From Eledone cirrhosa (Eukaryota), in assembly GCA_964016885.1 (NCBI GenBank), contig OZ024745.1, forward strand, positions 53,878,001 to 53,942,000: 64,000 bases of DNA. Reading direction: 5' to 3'. Both the position numbers and the translations under genes were made by a program. The notes under the pieces were generated by a model, which saw only the letters and a program-made list of their open reading frames with translations, made no database searches and was not told the origin of the DNA. Below, piece after piece: positions 1 to 11,196 of the stretch. The number at the start of each line of letters is the position of its first letter. The stretch's first letter is position 1.

Positions 1-224
1 ATTACTAATTTTTACTTATTCCTAATTAAACTATTTCTCACTGGGAACAATTTGTCAGCATTTTCTTTTTATTTTACCAATATATCACAACTCGTGTGTT
101 ACACTTCTATTCTTTTAAATATTATATATATATATATATATATGTTTTTGTTTTGACCATGCTGTAAAATGGAGGGGTAGAGAGGGCCATGAGTCAAGTA
201 AGACATCCTCTCTAGTGCTGGTGG

Positions 225-2671
225 CACGAATAAAAGCACCCAGTCCATGCTGTAAAGTGGCACTGGTGTTAGGAAGGGCATCCAACCAGTGTATCAATGC
301 CAAAATAGTTATGAGCACAGCAACAAATATATAGGAACAACAAAAATATGAAGACATCGCATCTCAGAGTTGCAACACTTAATGTTGGCACTCTCACAGG
401 TAGATCTGCTGAAATAGCAGAGATGCTGGAGAGAAGGCATGTGGATGTGTGCTGCGTGTAAGAGGTGAGATTGAGAGGTGCCTCTGCGAGACTAGTCGCA
501 GGCAAACACCTTAGCTATAAGCTTTTCTGGGTAGGTAAGGATGATGGGTTAGGGGACGTAGGCATTTTCCTGGCTGAGAGATGGATCAATAAGACAATAG
601 AGGTAGTTCGAGTTAATAATCAAATAATTAAGCTTAGATTAGTTGTAGGCAGGAGACTACTGACAATCATCTCTGCCTATGCTCCCCTAGCAGGCCTAGG
701 CAAAGAAGAGAAAGACTGCTTTTTACGAGCAACTTTTACAAACAGCCGCAATGACAGAGGACGAGATATCGTTATACTAGCAGGGGACTTCAATGGTCTT
801 GTTGGACAGCTCCAGGATGGTTACACTGGGGTACATGGTGGGCACGGTTATGGCTCAAGAAATGAAGAAGGAGTGAGACTTCTTGAATTTTGTGATGCAA
901 GTACACTGACTATTTGCAACGCTAACTTCCAGAAACCTGCCAACCACCTAATAACCTACAAATCAGGTGAGCACATAAGCCAGATTGACTTCTTACTAGT
1001 TAGGCAGCGGGACAGGCAGATGGTGTCTAATACCAAGGCATACCCTGGGGAAGAATGTACCCCACAGCATAGGTTAGTCATTAGTGATATCTCAGTAAGC
1101 AAGTGATGGAATGAGACATACAGGAAGGTGTGGAGAAGAAAGGTCTGGAAGCTAAAAGACCTTTCACTAAAATACAAATTTAGGAAAGCCCTTCAAGATG
1201 TGTATGGCGAAAAAGAAGACGATTTAGAGTTGTATGACATAGATAATAACTGGAATTTCTTAAGTGACAACTTACTGCAGGCTACTGATGAAACTTGTGG
1301 CTGGAGTAGAGCTCCAACCAGACAGGGAGTGACCTGGTGGTGGAACAGCACAGTAGATAAGGCCATTAGAGACAAAAGACTAGCATGGAAGGCTTGGGAA
1401 AAGGGTGGGAGTAGAGAAGGTTATACAGCCGCTAAGAGAGAAGCTAGACACAAGGTGTAGTTAGCACGCAGGGAGGCTGAGAGTAGGAGGTTTCCCAATG
1501 TTCTGCGATGGGAAGATCAGAGGGGTGCGGTGTTCCACATTGCAAGGCAGTGTGTCAATGCAAATCAGGGTGTTGTTGAAGATAAATGTGTCCGGAATGA
1601 TGCCGGTGTACTTAGTGTCACGAATGATCAGAAAAAGGAGGCCTGAAAATGTCATTATGAGAGACTGGTGAATGTGGAGAACGAATAGGAGAGAGAGAAA
1701 TTACCCTCAGTAGATCCAACAGAGGGACCAGCTATTGAGATTGACGAATATAGGGTCCAAGAGGCGATTAAGGAAATGAAAAATGGTAAGGCTGCTGGAC
1801 CATCGGGGATAGTTGCTGAGATGCTGAAGGCATCAGGGGATGTAGGCACTAAGCTGGTTGCATGCATCATCAATCAGGCTATATATGGTGGTGTCATACC
1901 CAAAGACTGGTGCAGCAGTATTCTCATAAATTGCTACAAAGGTAAAGGGGATGCTCTGGAGAGGAGCAATTATAGGGGTATAAAACTGATGGATCAGGTT
2001 ATGAAAGTGGCAGAAAGGATATTAGCATAACTAATTAGAGAAAGGGTCAAACTAGATGAGATGCAATTTGGTTTTGTGCCTTGGAAGAGTACAACAGATG
2101 CCCTCTTCTTGGTGAGACAATTACAAGAGAGGTTCTTAGAGAAGACTAAGCCACTATACTTAGCCTTTGTTGACCTAGAGAAAGCCTTTGATAAGGTACC
2201 CCGATCTGTCATCTGGTGGTCCCTAAGGAAACTAGGTGTTGAGGAATGGCTTGTGAGGACAGTGCAAACTTTGTACAGAGGTGCTGTCAGTAAAGTGAGG
2301 GTAGGAATGGAGTTTAGTGAGGAATTTCAGATACAAGTAGGAGTACATCAAGGTTCGATCCTCAGCCCGCTCTTGTTCATTATAGTCCTCCAAGCCATAA
2401 CAGAGGAGTTAAAGACTGGCTGTCCATGGGAACTTCTCTATGCTGATGATCTGGTTCTTATAGCAGAACCAGTAGAGGAGCTAGAGAATAAATTCTGGCT
2501 ATGGAAACAGCAGTTGGAAGCAAGAGGACTGAGAGTGAACCTAGCTAAGACAAAAGTGTTGATGAGGAGAAAAGAGGACAAAGCTCTGATTCCGTCAGGG
2601 AAATGGCCATGTTCGATATGCATAAAAGGAACTGGCATAAATTCTATAAAATGCACACAATGGAGATCCTG
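225..2671 (+). mobile_element. Decayed RTE-clade LINE (5' UTR + APE endonuclease + reverse transcriptase), 3'-truncated
   Basis: ATG at 348 gives [16 protein letters not shown]; APE motifs ISAYAP, GDFNG, QIDF, PQHRLV; RT motifs NYRGIKL, QFGF, FVDLEKAFD, GVHQGS, LLYADD. In-frame stops near 459, 1104, 1458 and 2028. Confidence 0.95.
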
Positions 2672-4129
2672 TAAATCATTTTCTCCTTTCATTTGATCAA
2701 CCTCTGGATATATATGTGTATAAAATAAATATATATATATATATATATTGCAGAAGATAAGGTGCTTATATATAGATGTTATGCTGTAACTTCATGAAGA
2801 TAAGTCAGTTCAAGCAATCCAAAAGTACTTCATGTAAGTAGTTTATCCCAGCTAAAAGTTGGTGATCAGAAGTGACGGAGTATTCATCCATTAATTAAAA
2901 GGCAGGGTTACTTTACCATAATTGCCTCACGTGGGACAAAACCGTTCAACCCATGCTAGCATGGAAGATGTACATTAAACGATGATATATCATCATCATC
3001 ATCATTTAACAATTTATTTTCCCTCACTTGCATGGGTCATATATGTATGATGATTGTTCCATCTTATCAGATGATTGCTATCTCAACATCACCCTCAGTT
3101 ATTCCTGCAAGTATATACCTTCCCAAGTTGACCAACAACAAAAGGCAAGATCAATACCCTAATCACAGGCACTGACAACAATCCAACTAGTATACATCAG
3201 CACAGGTGACTAGGGATCCATAACTGTTCCCACCTATACTACATCTCCTGAGCTGATAAAACTATGGAAGTAGTGGTATTTCATTGCCACAATAGCTGCA
3301 GTTATATGTCCAATGTCTATAGGGTGCCAAGAATTCAAAGTCCTGGCCTGTATTGGCTGGAGAAATAGAATGACAAATGAGAAGATTGCAAAAGAGACAT
3401 CTGTACATCATGGATTATAGTGACAAATGCTTCTATAACACAAGTACAACTTTCTAAGTTACTGATAATTATCTGATGACAAGCCTAAGCAAAATGAACA
3501 GTAAGCATGTAAACCACCGATTTCATTTGAGATTTTCCCTCTCTTTGGAGAATGCTGTTAACAACAACTTGGGGTTCTTCAATCCTACTGTTCTTACTGC
3601 ACACTCTGTACCCAACCAGGGGGTATTTCTGAGTTCCAGCACACAGATGGGTTGTCATAATTATGATTAAGGAGACCCATTTACTCTGATTATGAAATCA
3701 GAATTACCCTTCTCCTACCACACAATGCCGACAAGCTCTATTCAAAGCACCTGGTTATAAGGCACCAGCAACTCACCTTTGCCCCTTCTCCTTGTCAATT
3801 TCAAACATATCCATCATAGAATGTCAGGAGATGGGCTTCAGTTATCAGAAGCAAAATGAAAATCGATTTAGAGCATTTTAGCAGTAATAAGATTCTCAGG
3901 ATGACTCCTACCCCAGTAAAGATAATCTATACACACACACACAGGCTTGTGTCTTTTTCAAGTAATACAATCAGTAGATTGTCTCCCATAGTTTATCTGC
4001 CCATATGTTAACTGAACATTGGTTGTCAGAGGCCATATGAGATGCAAGCCATTTGGGCCACTTTAGTATATATATATAAGGACTTCTGTCCAAAACATTG
4101 AAACCTACTCCACTTCCACCAAACGTGAA

Positions 4130-4899
4130 AATTTGAAAATTGTGTCTATCAATGCGACTTCTACTGTCTAATTTCCCTGTACATCTACTGCATACATATT
4201 TCTCCCTACCTGTTAGTTTGCCTGCTATCCCACTACATCTCTTGTGTACCCAGGATCTGCATTGTGTGCATTTTATAGAATTTATGCCAGTTCCTTTTAT
4301 GCATATCGAACATGGCCATTTCCCTGACGGAATCAGAGTTTTGTCCTCTTTTCTACTCCAGCATGACCATTGAAGTCCCCTGCTATCATAACAATGTCTC
4401 CGTCCTCTGTCATTGCGGTTGTTTGTAAAAGTTGCTCGTAAAAGCAGTCTTTCTCTTCTTTGCCTAGGCCTGCTAGGGGAGCATAGGCAGAGATGATTGT
4501 CAGTAGTCTCCTGCCTACAACTAATCTAAGCTTAATTATTTGATTATTAACTCGAACCACCTCTATTGTCTTATTGATCCATCTCTCAGTCAGGAAAATG
4601 CCCTCGTCCCTTAACCCATCATCCTTACCTACCCAGAAAACTTATAGCTAAGATGTTTGCCTGCGACTAGTCTCACAGAGGAACCTCTCCATCTCACCTC
4701 TTACACGCAGCACACATTCACATGCCTTCTCTCCAGCATCTCTGCTATTTCAGCAGATCTACCTGTGAGAGTGACAACATTAAGTGTTGCAACTCTGAGA
4801 TGCGATGTCTTCATATTTTTGTTGTTCCTATATATTTGTTGCTGTGCTCATAACTATTTTGGCATTGATACACTGGTTGGATGCCCTTCCTAACACCAG
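4130..4899 (-). mobile_element. Inverted, internally deleted copy of the same RTE LINE
   Basis: 4362-4899 matches ~263-805; 4253-4360 matches ~2565-2671 and continues into a Cys/His finger. About 1.75 kb is missing at the junction GDFNGHAG|VEKR. Confidence 0.92.
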
Positions 4900-4960
<61 letters not shown>

Positions 4961-5013
4961 GTGTACATGTATATATATATATATATACATGTATATATAT
5001 ATATATATATATA

Positions 5014-5700
5014 TTTTCCCTGCTTGCAAGGATGGGACGGGTCCTCTTCAGTATAGTATCTCTTCATTTGTCACGGTCCTTTGTCATCTCCTCTGTAAGC
5101 TTCAGTGATCTGAGGTCAGCTCTCACCACCTCCACCTTTGTCTTCCGTGGTCTTCCTCTACTGTGTCTTTCTTCCACTGGGATTACCTGGCACTTCTTCA
5201 CCCAGCAGTCTTCATCCCTTCGTATCACATGGCCATACCAATGCAGTCTTCTCTCTTCCACACTACAGTTTATTCCTCTTATACACAGTTTGTTTCTCAA
5301 TTTGTCCATGCTGCGTCTTTCATGCACAATGACATTGCACACCCATCGGTACATGCTAGCTTCATTTCTCTCCATCCTTCGCATATCACCACGGTTGTTG
5401 CCCATGTCTCACTAACATGCAGCATCGCACATCTCACACAAGCATCATACAACCAACCCTTCATTTGCAGGGAGAAACCCTTCATTGTCAACAGAGGAAG
5501 CAGCTACCTAAACTTCTTCCATCCTGTCTTTATTCTAGATACTATGACCTCGGAGCATCCTCCTCCCTTGCTAATTTGATCACCCAGATATCGGAAGTTA
5601 TCAACCACCTCTATAGATCATACCTTCATTTGAAAAATGTGCCTATCATTGACATTCCTACTATCCATTTTCCCCGTATATATACATATCTGTATGTATT
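5014..5700 (-). mobile_element. 3' part of an RTE LINE including its 3' terminus
   Basis: IEVVDNFRYLGDQISKGGGC, RRLHWYGHVIRRDEDCWVKKC, RGRPRKT; ends in CCGTCCCATCCTTGCAAGCAGGGAAAA next to (TA)n. Confidence 0.9.
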
Positions 5701-6084
5701 AACTAAAAGGTTATTTGTCTCTAAAAATTGTTTGGGGGAGTGTAAGTCTGACAGACTAGAATAGGAGAGTCTCACTGATATAAGTGTCTTCCTACTATGG
5801 TTTCAGAAGTGGAAGAAGTGGTGGTCTGCCTGACTTGTACTCTCCTAAATAGAGTTTTTTGGCATAAGTTTAATATATATATAATATATGTATCCCTGTG
5901 TATATGTTGACAACCTAATAAATCACTTGTTTCTTGATATGGATATGATAACCATCATCATCATCATCATCATCAACATCATTGTCACCTTCATTTAACA
6001 ACATCAAGAGTAAAAGGAGGGCTAAAAGGAGTAAATGGACACCAGCTGTATTTGGACAGAGTAAAGAGATTGTGATGTTGACAT

Positions 6085-6440
6085 GACAAAAGACACCCAG
6101 CCCACACTGTAATGTGGTCGTGTAGGTGTCCCGACAAAAAGCACCCAGTCTGCACTGTAAAGTGGTCATGTAGGTGTCACAACAAAAAGCATCCAGCCTA
6201 CACTGTACAGTAGATGTGTAGGTGTCACGACAAAAAGCATCCAGCACACACTGTAAATGTGGTTGGCCTTAGGAAGGGCCAAGCCAGAAACAGTTTTGTG
6301 TGAGGAAACCAAGCCAGAAACAGTTTTGTGTGAGCAAGACACGGTCACTGGACCCAACTTGCCTCAAATGGGACAACTCGTCTAAACTATGATAGCATGG
6401 AGAAATGGACATTAAACGGTGATGATGATGATGATGATTA
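6085..6440 (+). mobile_element. Non-autonomous RTE-derived element with tandem 48-bp units and (GAT)n tail
   Basis: About 3.5 copies of AAAAAGCACCCAG...GTAGGTGTCACGAC, then TTAGGAAGGG and the tail GCATGGAGAAATGGACATTAAAC(GAT)n; homologous to 16860-17225. Confidence 0.7.
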
Positions 6441-6446
6441 TATATT

Positions 6447-6479
<33 letters not shown>

Positions 6480-6584
6480 AATGATCATGTGTTTAGAAAT
6501 GATAAGTGGAATTGAAATTTATATATGAGTATATCCCATTTGCCAACACCTTTATCTTTTCAATATTCACCTTCATAACTTTTG

Positions 6585-7110
6585 CCTTCATACATTCCAT
6601 TTCATTCTCATCATTCTCATTCCATTTACATTTTCTGCTATTAACACCAGATCATTGCATGCAGCAAATCTTATGGTAGACCCTCCTTCACACTTCAGAT
6701 CAGTACCTCTTTCACAACTGCAAAATGGGCTTAATATTGATGTTGGATGCACTTCAGCTTTCACTTCAAACTCATCACTGTTTCTGTCTTTTGTTTTTAC
6801 ACACTTCTCATACATTCTCATCACTACTCTAACCAATCATTCCTACACTTCCCATTCTTTCAATGCCTACATGTGGAACTCCATTGAAAGCTTTCTCCAG
6901 ATCAACAAACCCCATTAACAAATTCTTCCTCTTGTCCCTATGCTTCTTCTGTAATTGCTTCACACCAAAAATTGTATTGGTTGTTCCCTTTCTCAGCACA
7001 AATCCAAACTGCATTTCATCAAACTTAATTTCTTTTTTTCAATATCTTCTTCTCTAACACCCTTTCCAATACCTTCATTCCATGTTCCAATAGATTAATT
7101 GCTCTGTACA
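6585..7110 (-). mobile_element. RTE-type reverse transcriptase fragment
   Basis: MQFGFVLRKGTTNTIF...GFVDLEKAFNGVP and SILSPF; frameshifted. Confidence 0.85.
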
Positions 7111-8413
7111 AGCCAGTCTAGAGTTATGGTTCCTAAATCATGTGCCATGAGATGTAACTACATGTGCTGCAAAAGACTAAGATTAAGTTTTAAGATGTGA
7201 AAAATGTGAACAAACTGAAATTCATTTGAATGTTCATATATAGCTGTGAAAGTGGCAAACAAGTAAAGTTTAGTAATAAGATTTGCGAAAAATAATACAA
7301 CCTGCCAACTCTGTTAAAAATAAGAGGTAGTTTGTGTGTTCAGTTTATTTTGGCTAATTATGTTAGATGTATTATTCAATTTTGTGTTTTAAATTTCATA
7401 AGAATCTATGTTATGCTAATATGTTTGAAGTTAAAACTCATAAGCCATTTATCTATCTGTAGCTTCCTAAGAGGCTACCAGATTACAGAATACATATCAC
7501 CATCATCATTTAAATTCTGTTATCCTACTAACAAAGGTTGGTTGAGTCATTACAGACCAGGTCAGTACTTAGTTAGGGTCATTTATTGCTCTTTAGTTGG
7601 TGGCTGTATCTCTACAAAGTGTACTAGGTGAATTTTATTGTGACACTAGAACTAGGGTAATTGTCATGTCTTTGACACAATTGGGAAGTACTCTCAACCC
7701 TTTGTTTACCAGGTGTGATGAGGCTCAAAAGTGTGATGTGGGAAAAGAAGAGGTGAGAAAGAATATCAACAAGTGTGGTGGAATTAGAAAGGAAAGGGAG
7801 AGGAGGGGTGGAGGTAATCTTGCATAAAAGGGAGTGTTGTAATGATGTGAACAACTGCTAAAGAGTTATGACTGGTGTGTTAAGATTTAAATGGGGTGGG
7901 CATGATCCTGGATAGAGTGGGTGTGGTGGATATTTATATATGTATCATTCTTATCACCATTTTATGTCTATTTTCTATGCTTGCATGGGTTATACAAGTT
8001 GTCAATTCTAAATGGAGACAGGTCATATGACTGAGTCTTGCTCATACCTTCCATTTTGGAATGGTTTCTACAGCTGAATGCTCTTCTTAATGCCAAACAC
8101 TTTACAGTGTGTACCAGTTGCTTTTTATTGTGGCACCAGCACTATCACCTGACAGGTTGGGCTGGATGCTTTTTATCATGGTATTAACATTACCATTTTA
8201 CAGAGCAGGCTGGATGCAGTTTATCATTGTATTAGCACTACCTCTTTACAGAGCAGGCTGTGTGTTTTTTTTATCATGGCATTAGCACTACCATTTTACA
8301 GAGCAGGCTGGATGCATACATTTTCCACACATGGTTCTGTGATACTAAGCTATTTATTTTAAAGTGATTAAATGCTAAACATTTCTAATTTTTAAGTTTA
8401 TGATCCTTTAGTT

Positions 8414-9050
8414 TTAACCTCTAAAGTGCCGTAGACGAGATAGCTTGTCCTAAGATGTATGCATTCCAGTGCCACAGACGAAATAACTCGTCCTAACATG
8501 TTTGAATTCTTTTCCAAAAGTTCATAACTTCAAAGCTAGATGGGGTTACTAGTTTATTGATGTGACATTTGTCAATCATTCAGATATGTGTTGTTAATAA
8601 ATGTTTGTTTAAAAAAATAGTTATTTTACTGAAAAAAAAACTGGCAGAGCTGTAGCTGTGCTGTCATCATCATCATCATCATTTAATTTTACATCCGCTT
8701 TTTCCCTGCTTGCAAGGGTGGGACGGAAACTGATTTTGGCTTGATTTCTACAGCTGGATGCCCTTCCTAACACCAACCTCATTTACAGTGAGTGCTGGGT
8801 GCTTTTTTGCCGTGGCACCTCCACAACCACTTTGCAGTGGAATGATATGGACCCCAGTCCCTATCATCTTATTTCTACAGCTGAGTAAACTGGAGCAATG
8901 TGAAATGAAGTGTCTTGCTCAAGGAAACAACACATCACCTGGTCTGAGAATTGAACTCACAACCTTTCGATTGCAAGGCCAATGCTCTAACCACTAAGCC
9001 ATGTGCCTCCATGTAGCTGTGTAAAATATATGCAGTAGTCAAAAGGTTAA
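8414..9050. mobile_element. TTAA-flanked (piggyBac-like) MITE interrupted by a SINE
   Basis: TTAACCTCT...AAAAGGTTAA ends; the inserted SINE is flanked by the duplication TGTAGCTGTG (8651-8660 / 9012-9021). Confidence 0.5.
8664..9011 (-). mobile_element. tRNA-derived CORE-type SINE with RTE-derived tail
   Basis: Minus strand: A box GGCTTAGTGG, B box GAGTTCAATTC, CORE-like CCTTGAGCAAGACACTT...CAGTTTACTCAGCTGTAGAAAT, RTE-like tail, (GAT)n; 10-bp TSD. Confidence 0.88.
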
Positions 9051-9142
9051 TAAAGGTTATATATGATGTTTTAGGTTTATCTAAATATTATTCTAATTCC
9101 ATCTCTTCATGTAATATATAGTAATATTGATTATGTAATATA

Positions 9143-9370
9143 TTAACCATTTTGATACCCAACTGCATGAAGTACCCCTGATTCTATGGTACTGTGTTGT
9201 TTATTTTAATGTGTTTATATTTATCTAAATATTTTCCACCATAGTTTGTTAAGATATGTTCCAAAGACTAGCTTAAGAATGATGAAATTAGTTTATATGG
9301 CTAAATTCCTTCAAACTTTTTTCAAAACAAATCTAAAATTATAGGCAATGTATTCCATTAGAAATATCAA
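9143..9370 (-). mobile_element. TTAA-type MITE fragment (same family as 32453-33290)
   Basis: TTAACCATTTTGATACC end is the reverse complement of the GGTATCAAAAGGGT end near 33290; internal similarity. Confidence 0.55.
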
Positions 9371-9371
9371 A

Positions 9372-9407
<36 letters not shown>

Positions 9408-9547
9408 AATATCACATGATGTATATGTATGTATATATATATATATATATAAATATCACATGATGTGATATTGTACTATGCTCTGTAAGAGCATCGAGTG
9501 CTCAAACGGCCTACCGCTTACGGACGCTTTAAGCATCCCACATCAAT

Positions 9548-9897
9548 TCATCATCATCATCATCATCATTTCATTTTACGTCTGCTTTTCCCTGCTTGCA
9601 AGGGTGGGACGGGAACTAATTCTGCCTTGATTTCTACAGCTGGATGCCCTTCCTAACACCAACCTCATTTACAGTGAGTGGTGGGTGCTTTTTTCCCGTG
9701 GCACCTCCACGACCACTTTGCAGTGGAATGATATGGACCCCAGTCCCTATCATCTCATTTCTACATCTGAGTAAACTGGAGCAATGTGAAATGAAGTGTC
9801 TTGCTCAAGGAAACAACACATCACCTGGTCTGAGATTTGAACTCACAACCTTTTGATTGCAAGGCCAATGCTCTAACCACTAAGCCATGTGCCTCCA
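9548..9897 (-). mobile_element. CORE-type tRNA SINE copy
   Basis: Near-identical to 8664-9011. Confidence 0.88.
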
Positions 9898-9920
9898 TTA
9901 TATATATAAATATATATATA

Positions 9921-9952
<32 letters not shown>

Positions 9953-9985
9953 CTAAACAACCATGACCCGTTGGGTCATGTTCAC
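9953..9985 (-). mobile_element. Possible Helitron-like 3' terminus
   Basis: Minus strand: hairpin CATGACCC-AAC-GGGTCATG followed 5 nt later by TTAG (CTRR-like), abutting (TA)n. Confidence 0.3.
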
Positions 9986-10047
9986 TTAAGAATAATTTTT
10001 AAATAATTAAAATATACACAGAAATGTATATATATATATCATCATTT

Positions 10048-10378
10048 TCATCATCATTTTACGTCTGTTTTTCCCTGCTTGCAAGGGTGGGACTGGAACT
10101 GATTCTGGCTTGATTTCTACAGCTGGATGCCCTTCCTAACACCAACCTCATTTACAGTGAGTGCTGGGTGCTTTTTTTGCCGTGGCACCTCCACGACCAC
10201 TTTGCAGTGGAATGATATGAACCCCAGTCCCTCTCATCTCATTTCTACAGCTGAGTAAACTGGAGCAATGTGAAATAAAGTGTCTTGCTCAAGGAAACAA
10301 CACATCACCTGGTCTGAGAATTGAACTCACAACCTTTCGATTGCAAGGCCAATGCTCTAACCACTAAGCCATGTACCT
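10048..10378 (-). mobile_element. CORE-type tRNA SINE copy
   Basis: Near-identical to 8664-9011. Confidence 0.88.
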
Positions 10379-11149
10379 ATATATATATACACACATTAAA
10401 CAATAAATATCTATGGTACTTCAGTTTTTGAATTAGAAGCCTGGTTGTAAGAAGTGTGAATTGTAAGAACTTATCATATCAAAATTATCTTTGTACTCAG
10501 AAAAACATAAGAGATTCTCATTATATATTTCAGAGATTATTGTCTCCTCATTAGAAAATAACTATAAATTGTCTACAGAGGAACCATTCTATAGCATCAC
10601 TATATATGCCAAGCAGAATATAGAATATATTTGAAATAATCAGTCAAATTTTTATGATGTACATTTGTTTGGCAATGCAGTTAATTAAATAATGAATATT
10701 TGTGCTAAAACACTTTATATTAAACGATTTAAGGTAACAGAAATAAAAAAAAAATTACACTTGCACCAGTTTCATAAGCTAAGAATCTAAGAGCCACAGA
10801 GAGAAGATAATTAATTATTCGATCATTAACAGCATGATATCCAATTTGAATGTTCTTTCGTCATATGTTCATTGCACCATAATGTTTTATTCTTGGTGCA
10901 CCATCAAACAATCATAAATCACATGACTATAAAATGATATTAAAAAAATTATTCTATGGAAAATTATTTCAATAAAAAGCTATGTCGATAAAAAGTCAGT
11001 AAATAGAAAGTAATTTCAATGAAAAGTTTTCTAAAAAAATCAGTAAAAATCATGGTATCATGGTATCAATTATAATTATGAGCATGTGTGTGTGTGTGTA
11101 TATATATACATATATATAATGTATGTGTATACGTGTGAGTGTGTGGATT

Positions 11150-11191
<42 letters not shown>

Positions 11192-11196
<5 letters not shown>

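Noticed and set aside
8940-9011. tRNA-like sequence (GCA loop, A/B boxes)
   Set aside because: It is a SINE head: no proper acceptor stem, and always fused to the CORE domain and tail.
10760-10900. LSVALRFLA resembling a Harbinger transposase motif
   Set aside because: Too short and disrupted to support.
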